NCBI GenBank assembly: GCA_016188475.1
Contig: JACPHT010000008.1
Coordinates: 150,192-214,191, forward strand
Direction: 5' to 3'
Length of the DNA stretch: 64,000 nucleotides
DNA from: Candidatus Uhrbacteria bacterium
GTDB taxonomy: Bacteria; Patescibacteriota; Patescibacteriia; UBA9934; GWF2-40-263
In this document: piece after piece, positions 50,779-61,345 of the stretch
Layout of the letters: each line of letters opens with the position of its first letter
Position numbering within the stretch: position 1 is the first letter of the stretch
Position numbers and translations under genes: made by a program
The notes under the pieces: generated by a model
What the model was told of the DNA's origin: nothing
Databases searched by the model: none
What the model saw: the letters and a program-made list of their open reading frames with translations, nothing else

Positions 50779-53223
50779 ATGCCCTTCGACATCATCGATA
50801 AATTTTCAACCCACCTCAAAAACGTGCTTACTCGCGCGCTTTGTTTTGCTGTTGAAATGAATGAAAAAACAATCGAACCTGAGCATTTGTTTTGGGCGCT
50901 CGGAACTCAAAAAGGAAGTATCGGCGCTGAACTTCTAAAAAAAGCAGGTATTAAACAACAGGAATTGCGTATGCTTGTTGGAGCAACACAACGCACAAAA
51001 ACAAAACCAACACTTATAGGCGATTCAACTCTCAATCTTTCAAGTGACTCAAAACGAATAGTTGAAAAAGCGGTGCTCACTGCGAATATCTACGGGCATA
51101 GATATGTTGGAACAGAACATTTACTTTCAGGAATTATTCAAATCGGATGTCCAGTAATCGATCAATTTTTTCTTTCACAACAAACAGATATTAAATCATT
51201 AAAACAACAACTGTCTGTTGTTTTGAAAAACACTTCAAAATTTCCAGACATCGCAGGTTCGCCAACTACAACAACCGAGGAAGAACTAAATAAAATCCCT
51301 GCTCTTGAATTTTTCGGACGTGAATTAACAAATCCAGAAATTCAAAAAACTATTGATCCTGTAATCGGTCGTGAGCAAGAAATCGAACGGCTCATGCAGA
51401 TTCTATGTCGTCGAACAAAAAACAACCCCCTTCTTCTTGGCGCGCCTGGAGTTGGTAAAACCGCAATCGTTGAAGGACTGGCAAAAAAAATTGTTGAAGG
51501 AAACGCGCCGTCAGAACTTCTTGATCGAAGAATTTTTTGCATTGACATGGCTCTTATGATCGCTGGCACAATGTATCGAGGGGAGTTTGAGGGTCGACTG
51601 CGACAAGTGATTGATGAAGTAAAAAAGAACAGCGACATTATTTTGTTCATTGATGAATTGCACACAATAATCGGAGCAGGAGCCACGTCAGGATCAATGG
51701 ACGCCGCAAATATATTAAAACCGGCACTTGCTCGCGGAGAAATTCGCTGTATTGGCGCGACAACTCAAGATGAATACAAAAAACATCTTGAATCAGACAG
51801 CGCGCTTGAACGCCGCTTCCAAACAATCTTCGTCGAAGAACCATCTATTGATGAAGCGCAAACTATTCTTCAAGGCTTGGCTCCATATTACGAAACGTTT
51901 CACAATGTGCGGATTAGTCCTGACGCGCTCATTCAAGCTGTCAAACTTTCCGCTCGATATCTACAAGATCGCCAGCTTCCAGATAAAGCAATCGATTTGG
52001 TTGATGAAGCCGCATCAGCATCGCGATTAAACAGTATTCCATCTGCTTTGTCGCAAACTCGCCGACGTTTGGAAAAAGAATTGAAAGCTATTCTCGAGAC
52101 AAAACGCCAGGCAGTGGTTGATGAACGATTTTTGGACGCGATCGAACTAAAAGAACGTGAAGACCACATAAAATTTATAATTGAAACAGCGGAAACCGAA
52201 AATAACAATAACCAGATTCCAATTATCACTGGAAAAGATGTAGCAAAAATTATAAGCCGCATGACAGGAATTCCGATTGGAGAATTAACGGATTCGACAT
52301 CGTCAAACGCAAAAGAAATTGAACTTCGACTTTCAGAACGAATACTTGGACAAAATCAGGTGGTTGCTTCCGTGGCTGGGGCTCTGGCTCGCGCCAAAAC
52401 CGGAATTGTGCATCCAAAACGCCCGCTTGGTTCTTTTCTGTTTTTAGGTCCGTCAGGAGTTGGAAAAACAGAACTCGCAAAAGCGATCGCACGTGAATTC
52501 TTTCATGATGAAAAAAATTTCGTGCGACTTGACATGTCGGAATACGCGGAAGGTTTCACAGTATCAAAGCTGATCGGCGCGCCAGCTGGTTATGTTGGAT
52601 ATAAAGACCAAGCCAATCTCACAGATCGTGTAAAACAACGACCGTATTCAGTTGTTCTTTTTGATGAAATGGAAAAAGCGCATCATGATGTTCAAAATTT
52701 GCTTCTCCAAATCCTTGAAGAAGGAGAATTGACTGACGCGACAGGAAGAAAAGTGAATTTCAAAAACACAATTATCGTAATGACATCAAACGTTGGAATG
52801 GAAAAATTTGCTAACGGCTCGATCGGATTTGAAGGATCGGGAGAAAACACAAAAATATCTCTGCACGAAGACATTAGAAAAGAATTGGATGACAGATTCC
52901 GTCCTGAACTTATTAATCGAATAGAAATGCTGTGTATTTTTGATTCACTTTCAAACTCTGTTTTAACACAAATTATTGAAAAGGAATTAAAAGAACTTGT
53001 TGCAAGAGTCAAAGAACAACAAGCGATAAGCCTGTCTTTTAACACAAGACTTGCGGAACATTTATCACAAAATTTGGACGCACGTCTTGGGGCAAGAAGT
53101 GTTCGACAAAAAATCCAAACAGAAGTGGAAACAAAGATAGCTGAACGACTAATCAAAAAAGATCGTCCAGAACGTTTGCACATTGATGTAAAAAATGAGA
53201 AAATTATTGTGAAAAAAGTTTAA
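50779..53223 (+). CDS. clpC: Clp ATPase ClpC-type
   Basis: Clp_N repeats, DPVIGRE, GAPGVGKT, LPDKAIDL, GPSGVGKT, FRPELINR. Confidence 0.92.
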   Translation: MPFDIIDKFSTHLKNVLTRALCFAVEMNEKTIEPEHLFWALGTQKGSIGAELLKKAGIKQQELRMLVGATQRTKTKPTLIGDSTLNLSSDSKRIVEKAVLTANIYGHRYVGTEHLLSGIIQIGCPVIDQFFLSQQTDIKSLKQQLSVVLKNTSKFPDIAGSPTTTTEEELNKIPALEFFGRELTNPEIQKTIDPVIGREQEIERLMQILCRRTKNNPLLLGAPGVGKTAIVEGLAKKIVEGNAPSELLDRRIFCIDMALMIAGTMYRGEFEGRLRQVIDEVKKNSDIILFIDELHTIIGAGATSGSMDAANILKPALARGEIRCIGATTQDEYKKHLESDSALERRFQTIFVEEPSIDEAQTILQGLAPYYETFHNVRISPDALIQAVKLSARYLQDRQLPDKAIDLVDEAASASRLNSIPSALSQTRRRLEKELKAILETKRQAVVDERFLDAIELKEREDHIKFIIETAETENNNNQIPIITGKDVAKIISRMTGIPIGELTDSTSSNAKEIELRLSERILGQNQVVASVAGALARAKTGIVHPKRPLGSFLFLGPSGVGKTELAKAIAREFFHDEKNFVRLDMSEYAEGFTVSKLIGAPAGYVGYKDQANLTDRVKQRPYSVVLFDEMEKAHHDVQNLLLQILEEGELTDATGRKVNFKNTIIVMTSNVGMEKFANGSIGFEGSGENTKISLHEDIRKELDDRFRPELINRIEMLCIFDSLSNSVLTQIIEKELKELVARVKEQQAISLSFNTRLAEHLSQNLDARLGARSVRQKIQTEVETKIAERLIKKDRPERLHIDVKNEKIIVKKV

Positions 53224-53234
53224 TCTCTGTTTAC

Positions 53235-53909
53235 ATGGTTCTACCTGCAATAGCCGCAACTGCCGAACGCTTTGCCGCCGGTGCCGGACGCGCGGTTGCT
53301 TCGGCTTCTTCAAAAGGTGCTAAGATTAGTTCTGTTGCTCAAATGAAAAGTCAATTTCAAAAAAACAAAAAACAACAAGAAAATGGCGAGCAACTAAATT
53401 CAGCACTTGAGCAAACAACAATGGCATCAAGCCCGACACAGCAATTCAAACAAACAATGGCAATGGCTCGAAGATTAAATTCATCAAAGACTGATGCTGA
53501 AGATACAGAACAGGAATCGGATCATGGAGATGAACAAGCGTTAAAACAAGCCGCGATAAAAAAAGTGATACCAAGAGGAGTCGCATTTCTGGCAAATCAA
53601 ATCGCAACGGCGCTTGAACTTAGCACAGCCGGAACTGCGTTTATATTTACTTGGTTTATACGACTGTTCTCACTTGGTTGGCTTAACGTTGAAATGGTTT
53701 ACGGGCGTTGGATCGCAAAAGGAAAAAGCAAAGCGGTCCCCCCGCTTGATTGGGCTCCAATTCCAATGCCGATTGATAAAGACGCAAAAATACTTCAAGC
53801 GATTGTTATTTTGGCGGATGTTTTCTGTATCGTACTTCTTCTTCTGGTATTTGCTTTGCCAATAATTTTATTAACAGCTCTTTTTGGAAGCATCTCATCT
53901 ATACTGTAA
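53235..53909 (+). CDS. Hypothetical membrane protein
   Basis: 224-aa ORF with C-terminal TM segments, in operon. Confidence 0.75.
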   Translation: MVLPAIAATAERFAAGAGRAVASASSKGAKISSVAQMKSQFQKNKKQQENGEQLNSALEQTTMASSPTQQFKQTMAMARRLNSSKTDAEDTEQESDHGDEQALKQAAIKKVIPRGVAFLANQIATALELSTAGTAFIFTWFIRLFSLGWLNVEMVYGRWIAKGKSKAVPPLDWAPIPMPIDKDAKILQAIVILADVFCIVLLLLVFALPIILLTALFGSISSIL

Positions 53910-53915
53910 ATTAAT

Positions 53916-55139
53916 ATGTCAGAAAAAATTAAACGCGTTCTTCTAATAGTCGGCTTCGTCGCCTCGACCATAATAATTGTATATGGAATTTATTTTGCAT
54001 TCTTCAAAACAAAACCAATAGTTGAACAAGAAACAAAACCGACAATAACAGAAGAAGTAGGAGCGCTTCCAAGCGCGCAAGAAGGCGCGCCAAGTGTTGT
54101 TGAAGAAGGAGTAGGCGGAACCGAAGGTTTACAAACAGCTGACCAAATCGCGAAAGGCGGTGTAACAGTAGCAACAGAATTAACGCAAGCATCAGTTTTC
54201 AACACAACTATTTCATCAGAAGGCAGTGGAGTAAATTTTTACGATAATTCTGATGGAAAATTTTATAGCATAGACTCAACTGGAAAAGTTGTAGAACTTT
54301 CTGAACAGAAATTTCCATCTGTAAAAAAAGCGACTTGGAACAAAGACTCGAAAAAAGCTGTTTTGGAATTTCCAGATGGATCAAATATCGTTTACGACTT
54401 TGACGCTGAAACTCAAGTAACATTGCCAAAACATTGGGAAGACTTTGATTTCTCTCCGACAACAGATGAACTGGCAGCAAAAAGCCTCGGACTTGACCCA
54501 GATAACAGATGGCTCGTGCTTGCCAATTCGGACGGATCAAACGTGAAAAGCATTCAAGCGCTTGGTGACAACGAAAGCAAAGTTCAAGTGAACTGGTCAC
54601 CAAATGATCAAGTTGTCGCGTTTTCAGATACAGCAGAAGGACAAGGAAGTTTTGATCGAAAACTAATTGTTCCACTTGGAAAAAACCATGAAAATTTCAA
54701 AGGACTTGAAGTTGAAGGTCTTGGTTTTTCTTCAAAATGGTCTCCAAACGGAAAACAACTTCTATATTCAGTTTCAGGATCGTACAGTAATTACCGTCCG
54801 TTGTTATGGATTGTTGACGGAACAAGCGCGAGTATGGGAAAAAATCGCAAGAGCCTTTCTGTAAATACATGGGTGGAAAAATGCACATGGTCTACAACCG
54901 ATTCGATCTATTGCGCAGTACCTCGCGACCTTCCACCAAACGCAGGCTTTCAACCAGCCGCATTTAATGACCTTGCGGATTCACTCTATAAAATCGATCT
55001 CACAACAGGAACTTCATCGTTGATAGCAATTCCGGAAGGAGAAAAAACAATGACAAATTTGGTTGTGACAAGCGATCAGTCACTTCTTTATTACACAAAC
55101 GCGCTTAGTGGCCGTTTGGAATATATTAAATTGAAATAG
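53916..55139 (+). CDS. Membrane-anchored TolB/WD40-like beta-propeller protein
   Basis: N-terminal TM; repeated FSP/WSPND/WSPNGK motifs. Confidence 0.75.
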   Translation: MSEKIKRVLLIVGFVASTIIIVYGIYFAFFKTKPIVEQETKPTITEEVGALPSAQEGAPSVVEEGVGGTEGLQTADQIAKGGVTVATELTQASVFNTTISSEGSGVNFYDNSDGKFYSIDSTGKVVELSEQKFPSVKKATWNKDSKKAVLEFPDGSNIVYDFDAETQVTLPKHWEDFDFSPTTDELAAKSLGLDPDNRWLVLANSDGSNVKSIQALGDNESKVQVNWSPNDQVVAFSDTAEGQGSFDRKLIVPLGKNHENFKGLEVEGLGFSSKWSPNGKQLLYSVSGSYSNYRPLLWIVDGTSASMGKNRKSLSVNTWVEKCTWSTTDSIYCAVPRDLPPNAGFQPAAFNDLADSLYKIDLTTGTSSLIAIPEGEKTMTNLVVTSDQSLLYYTNALSGRLEYIKLK

Positions 55140-55140
55140 T

Positions 55141-55785
55141 ATGAATCGCTGGCTCCCTTTTATCTTTATTGGTTTTTTTACTATCATAATTTTTCTTTTC
55201 TATTCTGTTTTCCTTAGCCCAGTTGATCTGGAAAGACTTCAAAAAGAACAACAACAAATATCCCTGACAGAACCGACAACAACATTTGTGAATCCTTCAC
55301 GTGGCGCAAACGATGCTAAAATCACAATCATTGAATTTGGCGATTTTGAATGCAGTGCGTGTCGCGATCTGATGCCGGCCTTGGAAACAGTTTTGAAAAC
55401 TTATCCAAACGACGTTCGACTTGTTTGGAAAGATTTACCAAATGATTCGGCTCATAAGCAAGCAATTCCGTCTGCCATTGCCGCGCATTGCGCTGATAGA
55501 CAGGGCGGATTTTGGCAATATCACGATGTGTTGTTCCAACGACAAGGATACCTGTCAGAAGATCAATACACACAAATTGCAAGCGAACTTAAACTCGACA
55601 CTGGACGATTTTCCACATGCATTCAAAATCAAGACACGCTTCCGATCGTACAAAAAGACAAAGAAGAAGGCCTCGCGCTTGGGCTTGTCGCAACTCCAAC
55701 AATTTTTGTGAATAAAGAAAAATTCGTCGGAGCAGTAAGTGTAGACGAATTACTACAAGTGATTCAACAAGAACTTTCAAAATAA
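55141..55785 (+). CDS. DsbA-family thiol:disulfide oxidoreductase
   Basis: IIEFGDFECSAC, GLVATPTIFVN. Confidence 0.9.
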   Translation: MNRWLPFIFIGFFTIIIFLFYSVFLSPVDLERLQKEQQQISLTEPTTTFVNPSRGANDAKITIIEFGDFECSACRDLMPALETVLKTYPNDVRLVWKDLPNDSAHKQAIPSAIAAHCADRQGGFWQYHDVLFQRQGYLSEDQYTQIASELKLDTGRFSTCIQNQDTLPIVQKDKEEGLALGLVATPTIFVNKEKFVGAVSVDELLQVIQQELSK

Positions 55786-55810
55786 TGATTATGAAACAGT
55801 CGCAAAATAT

Positions 55811-55891
55811 GTCATTGCGAGGAGCGAAGCGACGAAGCAATCTATGCGAATTAAGAGATTGCTTCGCTCCCTTTTGGTCGCTCGCAATGAC
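55811..55891. repeat. Full GTCATTGCGAG...CTCGCAATGAC palindromic element overlapping the start of the next gene
   Basis: GTCATTGCGAGGAGCGAAGCGACGAAGCAATCT...AGATTGCTTCG...CTCGCAATGAC. Confidence 0.85.
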
Positions 55892-57410
55892 AAATAGGAT
55901 TATTTTTTTATTTCTTTCTTTGTTCATAATTTTCGCACCGATTAGAACTTTCGCGGCTTCGACTTGCTATTGTTATTTCGGAGAAAAAAATGATTGCGCA
56001 CAAACATCTGTAGATGAAAATGCGATTATTGATGAATGTCAGCTCACATGCGAAACAAAATATCAAGACACTTTCAAAAGTGTAGATTTCACTGACGAAG
56101 CAGGTGGAGCAAACGATGTATTGGCACTAATGGATTGTTCATCAGCTCACGCAGACGCAAATGAAGCAGCAACAAAACCTTTCCAAGGAGGCGTTATTCC
56201 AAAATTGAACGTGGATATTCCAACAGTCACCTTTACTCCAGTTCTTCAAAAAGGCGGAAACTTATCAATCAATTTTTTAGCTGACTACATTCAGGGCGTT
56301 TATATTTATCTTTTATCAATAGCGGCAATCATCGCCGTAGTTTATATGATGATTGGAGGTTTGAGGTGGGTGCTTGCGGCTGGAGGCGCATCAAACATTG
56401 GCGAAGCAAAAACAATGATAAAAAATGCTGTGATCGGACTTGTTTTATTATTAAGCGTTGTTCTTATTTTAGAAACCGTAAACCCGCAACTCGCAACATT
56501 TAACCCATTTACAATTGAACGAATTCAAGAAGTAACAATTGATGAACAACAACATGCGCAAGATGCTGAAGAAGAATCTCAAGAACCTACAACACCTACT
56601 CAAGTACCAGCACCTTCAGGAACAGAAGGAACAAAAGTTTCTCTTGCATATTCAGATGGTGGAAGATTAAAAATGGAATATATCCAATTACCGCTTGATG
56701 CTGGCGATGAATATATCACTCCGCCACGCGTTTGCACTGTTCCTGTCCCTTCTGAACCAGCTTCATTGAGTGGTGTTGAAATAAATACAAAGTTTCTTGG
56801 TAATCTAGATTGTAATATCTCAAAACAAACGAAAAATAAAAAACGACCAGATAGTCAGATCAAGATGGTTATTCTACATCAAGGTTTTAAAAGCGATGGA
56901 GGACAAAATGGAAGTATGTGGTTCCAAAATTATGTTTATGGAACAACTGTGGTGTGCAAAAAAGAAAAATCTGGTGTGTTTAATTACAAAGCCTGCCAAC
57001 GAAACGGACAAAAATTGGTAAAACAGCCGACATTAAACCAAACGCCAATCGGAAGTCATTTTGCTGTAACTTTAGGTGGAACGATCTATCAATTAGCTGA
57101 TGTTGGACATATAATGAACCATTGCTGCGCGGAAAACAAAATTTCGGTTGGAATCGATTTGCAGTACGACATCGAAGGTGGAAAAAATGTATATTCAGAT
57201 TCTCAATATAAAAGTCTAGCAAAACTTATCAAAGGACTTAGTGAAAAATATAAATTTCCAATTGACGACAGCACGATAAAAGGCCATTGCGAACTTGGGA
57301 AGCATTCTGATCCTCCAAATTTCGATCTTAAAAAACTCGGAAACTTAATGGGCGTAACATTGGACCCAGGTCAGCATGGGAATGCAAAATGCAGCTGGGT
57401 CGCCTCATAA
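55887..57410 (+). CDS. Pilin-like (TrbC/VirB2-type) membrane protein fused to N-acetylmuramoyl-L-alanine amidase (Amidase_2-like)
   Basis: Signal peptide, Cys-rich domain, IGGLRWVLAAG...AKTMIKNAVIGL...ILETVNP hairpin; VILH...SHFAV..GTIYQL...SVGIDL...IKGH..SDP; start could be 55785/55791. Confidence 0.75.
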   Translation: MTNRIIFLFLSLFIIFAPIRTFAASTCYCYFGEKNDCAQTSVDENAIIDECQLTCETKYQDTFKSVDFTDEAGGANDVLALMDCSSAHADANEAATKPFQGGVIPKLNVDIPTVTFTPVLQKGGNLSINFLADYIQGVYIYLLSIAAIIAVVYMMIGGLRWVLAAGGASNIGEAKTMIKNAVIGLVLLLSVVLILETVNPQLATFNPFTIERIQEVTIDEQQHAQDAEEESQEPTTPTQVPAPSGTEGTKVSLAYSDGGRLKMEYIQLPLDAGDEYITPPRVCTVPVPSEPASLSGVEINTKFLGNLDCNISKQTKNKKRPDSQIKMVILHQGFKSDGGQNGSMWFQNYVYGTTVVCKKEKSGVFNYKACQRNGQKLVKQPTLNQTPIGSHFAVTLGGTIYQLADVGHIMNHCCAENKISVGIDLQYDIEGGKNVYSDSQYKSLAKLIKGLSEKYKFPIDDSTIKGHCELGKHSDPPNFDLKKLGNLMGVTLDPGQHGNAKCSWVAS

Positions 57411-57413
57411 TCT

Positions 57414-58706
57414 ATGTTCATCTGCACTCACTGCGACGCGCAATCCCAAAAATGGGCCGGACGGTGTTTTGAATGTCAGAAATGGGGAACGCTTGTTGAG
57501 CAAGAAACATCAATTAAAAAAACATCATCAGTTTCAAACGCTCGCGCAAAAGAATCAAAAAAACTTTCGGAACTTTCCGGGCAAAACGAGCACGAACGAA
57601 TTCAAACACTCGAACCTGAAATAGATCGTGTGCTTGGAGGAGGGATTGTAAAAGGATCTCTTGTTCTTTTATCTGGAGAACCCGGAATCGGTAAGTCAAC
57701 GCTTGTGGCTGAAATTGCAAAACGTTTTGTTGAACAAGGAAATCCTGTTTTGTACATCTCTGGAGAAGAGTCAGCGCCACAGCTCAAAACAAGATTTGAT
57801 CGCTTGAACACAAAATTAGATCAACTTTTTTTTCTAGAAGCAGGTTCTGTCGAAGCAATCGTTCAAACTATTGAAAAAGAAAAACCAAAAGTTGTTGTGA
57901 TTGATTCAATTCAAACATTATTTTCAGATGGAATCGACAGCACTGCCGGAAGCCCGACAACAGTTCGCTACGCGACTTCCCTTTTGCTTGAACTTGCAAA
58001 ACGAACTCATGTTTCAATTTTTCTGATCGGCCAAGTTACAAAAGACGGCATGGTCGCAGGCCCAAAAACTCTTGAACATTTGGTTGATGTTGTTTTATCG
58101 CTTGACGGAGATTCATCGCATTCATATCGCTGGCTCTCATGTTCCAAAAATCGTTTTGGAGCAATAGAAGAAGTCGGAGTTTTTGAAATGACATCTCATG
58201 GCCTTGAGCCGGTCACAAATCCATCAGCAAAATTTTTAGAAGAACGAGTTGCGGTGCCTGGTTCTGTAATTGCCGCGACAGTTGAAGGTTCGCGAGTATT
58301 TTTGGTTGAAATTCAAGCGCTTGTTGAAAAAACCGCTTATGGAATTCCGGTTAGGCGCGCGTCTGGATTTGATCAAAACCGTCTGCAAATGTTAATTGCA
58401 ATACTTTCAAAACGAGCAGGGCTCAAACTCGGAGAACAAGATATTTATGTAAACGTGATAGGCGGAATGAAAGTTACAGAACCGGCTGTTGATCTTGCGG
58501 TTTGCGCGGCTATTGTGAGCGCGTCAAAAAATATCGCGTTCGCAGATCCAGTGGTTTTCTTCGGCGAAGTCGGACTCGGTGGAGAAGTTAGACGTGTGAC
58601 AGCATCTGAAAAACGAAATGCTGAATCAAAACGTCTTGGAATCAAAAAAATCTTTGGTCCAGAGATTGAAAATGTAAAGCACATCGTTTCATTGCTGTCA
58701 TCATAA
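57414..58706 (+). CDS. radA: DNA repair protein RadA/Sms
   Basis: C4 zinc finger, GEPGIGKST, KNRFG, GEVGLGGEVR. Confidence 0.97.
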   Translation: MFICTHCDAQSQKWAGRCFECQKWGTLVEQETSIKKTSSVSNARAKESKKLSELSGQNEHERIQTLEPEIDRVLGGGIVKGSLVLLSGEPGIGKSTLVAEIAKRFVEQGNPVLYISGEESAPQLKTRFDRLNTKLDQLFFLEAGSVEAIVQTIEKEKPKVVVIDSIQTLFSDGIDSTAGSPTTVRYATSLLLELAKRTHVSIFLIGQVTKDGMVAGPKTLEHLVDVVLSLDGDSSHSYRWLSCSKNRFGAIEEVGVFEMTSHGLEPVTNPSAKFLEERVAVPGSVIAATVEGSRVFLVEIQALVEKTAYGIPVRRASGFDQNRLQMLIAILSKRAGLKLGEQDIYVNVIGGMKVTEPAVDLAVCAAIVSASKNIAFADPVVFFGEVGLGGEVRRVTASEKRNAESKRLGIKKIFGPEIENVKHIVSLLSS

Positions 58707-58777
58707 GCCCTTCGACTTCGGTAAAGTTATTGCCTGAGCCTGTCGAAGGCCATAACTTTAACTGCGCTCGAGATGAC
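58697..58777. repeat. Nested palindromic repeat between convergent radA and recG
   Basis: GTCATC...CCCTTCGAC...TAAAGTTAT-GCCTGAGCCTGTCGAAGGC-ATAACTTTA...GATGAC. Confidence 0.7.
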
Positions 58778-58787
58778 GCGATGTATA

Positions 58788-60839
58788 TCATTCCAAATGT
58801 GCTTCCTCAAAAGTTGCACGGATTTTTTCTAAAATGAGTGGATACTTTTCAAGTTCTGGATCCTCATTGAGCAATTTTGTTGTCCAATCAAAAGTCATTT
58901 TCATAATATCAACATCAGCCGGTGTCGCAAATTGAAAATCTGGAAAACCTGATTGAGCATTTCCAAATATATTCCCTGCTCCGCGAAGTTCCAGATCTTT
59001 TTCTGCGAGTTCGAATCCGTTTTGTGTTTGTTCAAGTGTTCGCAAACGCTCAAGTGCGATCTCGCTTGCATCATCCGACAGTAAATAACAATATGATCTT
59101 AGATCGCTTCTCCCAACACGACCACGAAGTTGATGGAGTTGCGCCAAACCAAATCGTTCTGCCCCAAAAATTACCATAACAGTTGCGTTAGGAACATCAA
59201 CTCCAACTTCCACAACAGTTGTTGAAACAAGAACATTTGTTTTTCCATCTTTGAATTTTTGTATAGCTTCTTGTTTTTCATCAGACTTTAATCTTCCATG
59301 CAAAATACCAATCTTGTAATCTTTAAGAGGACCTTTTTTAAGTTGTTCGCTAACATCGGTAACACTTTTCGCTCCTTGTTTATCAGATGGATCAATAAGC
59401 GGACACACTATATAAACCTGTTGCCCAAGCTTTATTTGACCCTTCACATGTTGCCACATTCCAGTACGGTGATTAGATGAAACAATCGCAGTTCCGATTG
59501 GTTTTCTGCCTTTTGGAAGCTGTGAGATAGCTGAAATATCTAAATCTCCATAAACAGTAAGGGCAAGCGAACGCGGAATTGGAGTGGCTGTCATTGATAG
59601 AAGATGTGCTGAAATTTGTCTCCCCTTCTCTAAGAGAGCATGACGTTGAGCCACACCAAAACGGTGTTGTTCGTCCACAATTACAAATGCAAGATTTGGA
59701 ATCTCGACCATCTCATCAAGCAAAGCGTGCGTGCCGACAACACAACGAACGTCACCGTTTTTTAATTTTTGCAAAAGTTCATCTTTTTTAACATCTTCAT
59801 CTCCAATCCGTTTTTGTGAACGAGTAAAAAGCGCTACTTTATACAATGGTAAAAATTTAGAAAAAACCGCTTGTTGTTGCGCCGCAAGAATTTCAGTTGG
59901 CGCAAGATATACAACCGCAAGATTATTTGAAAGAACGCTGTTTGCCGCGATTGCCGCAACAACAGTTTTTCCAGAGCCAACGTCCCCATGAAGCAAACGA
60001 TTCATAGGATTAGGTTTTGCAAGATCCTGAACAATCTCCCATGCGGCTTTTCGTTGGGCTGATGTAAGTTCAAACGGCAGTTGAGCAACAAATGTCTTCA
60101 AGACTTGTTCATTGATAGGAATTGTATGCGACTTACGTTTTTTGCGATCTTGTCTTGAACGCGCAAACATAAGTTGATGTAAAAATAATTCATCAAACTT
60201 TAAACGCTCGATCGCTTGGGTTAAATCTTTTTGATTTTCAGGAAAATGCACACTTTGGATTGCTTGCGACAAATCTGTATAAGCCGCTCTTTCTCTAATT
60301 GATTCTGGAATCCAATCAACTAGCTCATTTGAAGCTGAAAGAGCCGCGTTGATTGCTGTACGCAAGCGCTTCATTGTAAGCGAACCGGATAAACCATAAA
60401 CAGGAACGATCCTGCCTGTATGAACCCGCTTTCCCTCCGCCTCAAACACAGGATTTACGAGTGCTTTTCCAAAACGAAAATCTACTCGTCCAGAAAACGA
60501 AAGTCGTATGCCAGGACGTATGGTTTCGGTTAGATATTTTTGATTGAACCAAATGATCGGCAGTGTCCCGGTTTCATCTTCGATCACCGCGTCAACAATA
60601 GTCATTCTGCGACTTTTTGCTGGTCGTGAGTTAATAGAAACTATTACCCCACTCACTGTTACTGTTTCACCAGCTTTTACTTTTACGATTGGTTTGATAT
60701 TTGAAAAATCGTCATAGCGAAACGGAACATAAAACAAAAGATCATAAACAGAAAGAACCCCCATGTTTTTGAGGTCTTTAACTGCTTTTCCTCCAATTCC
60801 TGGGAGTTCAGAAACAGATGAGGATAAATGAAGCGCCAT
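58788..60839 (-). CDS. recG: ATP-dependent DNA helicase RecG
   Basis: MNRLLHGDVGSGKT, DEQHRFG, MTATPIPRS, QLHQLRGRVGR. Confidence 0.98.
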   Translation of the reverse strand: MALHLSSSVSELPGIGGKAVKDLKNMGVLSVYDLLFYVPFRYDDFSNIKPIVKVKAGETVTVSGVIVSINSRPAKSRRMTIVDAVIEDETGTLPIIWFNQKYLTETIRPGIRLSFSGRVDFRFGKALVNPVFEAEGKRVHTGRIVPVYGLSGSLTMKRLRTAINAALSASNELVDWIPESIRERAAYTDLSQAIQSVHFPENQKDLTQAIERLKFDELFLHQLMFARSRQDRKKRKSHTIPINEQVLKTFVAQLPFELTSAQRKAAWEIVQDLAKPNPMNRLLHGDVGSGKTVVAAIAANSVLSNNLAVVYLAPTEILAAQQQAVFSKFLPLYKVALFTRSQKRIGDEDVKKDELLQKLKNGDVRCVVGTHALLDEMVEIPNLAFVIVDEQHRFGVAQRHALLEKGRQISAHLLSMTATPIPRSLALTVYGDLDISAISQLPKGRKPIGTAIVSSNHRTGMWQHVKGQIKLGQQVYIVCPLIDPSDKQGAKSVTDVSEQLKKGPLKDYKIGILHGRLKSDEKQEAIQKFKDGKTNVLVSTTVVEVGVDVPNATVMVIFGAERFGLAQLHQLRGRVGRSDLRSYCYLLSDDASEIALERLRTLEQTQNGFELAEKDLELRGAGNIFGNAQSGFPDFQFATPADVDIMKMTFDWTTKLLNEDPELEKYPLILEKIRATFEEAHLE

Positions 60840-60966
60840 AATTTTAATTATGGTAGTCGTTTGTTTCAGTCAATGCAAGGTTCATCAATCAAAAATTTTT
60901 AACTTTTTCCGTATTTGAATGAGTAGAATTATACTAAACAAAATAAGAATCCTTAAAAAAGTTCAA

Positions 60967-60996
60967 ACACTTAACTCCCGATCGGGAGTTAAGTGT
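60967..60996. repeat. Perfect 30-bp palindrome copy 3
   Basis: ACACTTAACTCCCGATCGGGAGTTAAGTGT; 60965-61000 is the exact reverse complement of 21661-21696. Confidence 0.92.
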
Positions 60997-61184
60997 GATT
61001 TAATAATTTCAATTTTTAATGTGTTAAATTTTAAATTAGCTAATAAATTTTTCACGGATTTCGTCTACTAAGTTATCAGTTCAATTATTGTTAAATTTTA
61101 ACTGGGGTGAATAAATGTCAACAAACTCTCACATTATTCCATGCACAAAAAACAGCTCTCGCTGTTTTTCCTGTAATCAAATTC

Positions 61185-61261
61185 TGGTGCGCCCGACAGG
61201 GTTCGAACCTGTGGCCTACAGCTCCGCAAGCTGTCGCTCTATCCAGCTGAGCTACGGGCGC
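61185..61261 (-). tRNA. tRNA-Arg(GCG)
   Basis: GCGCCCG acceptor stem, anticodon arm ACAGC-TT-GCG-GA-GCTGT, TTCGAA T-loop, encoded CCA. Confidence 0.93.
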
Positions 61262-61324
61262 AGATATTAGCCAAAGAATGGACATTTTATTTCCGAGCGA
61301 GGCGACGTGATTTGATTCCATCAG

Positions 61325-61345
61325 ATCCAGCTGAGCTACGAGCGC
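61325..61345 (-). pseudogene. 5' fragment of a tRNA-Arg gene
   Basis: GCGCTCGTAGCTCAGCTGGAT, 20/21 identical to the 5' end of the neighbouring tRNA; no anticodon or T arm follows. Confidence 0.6.
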
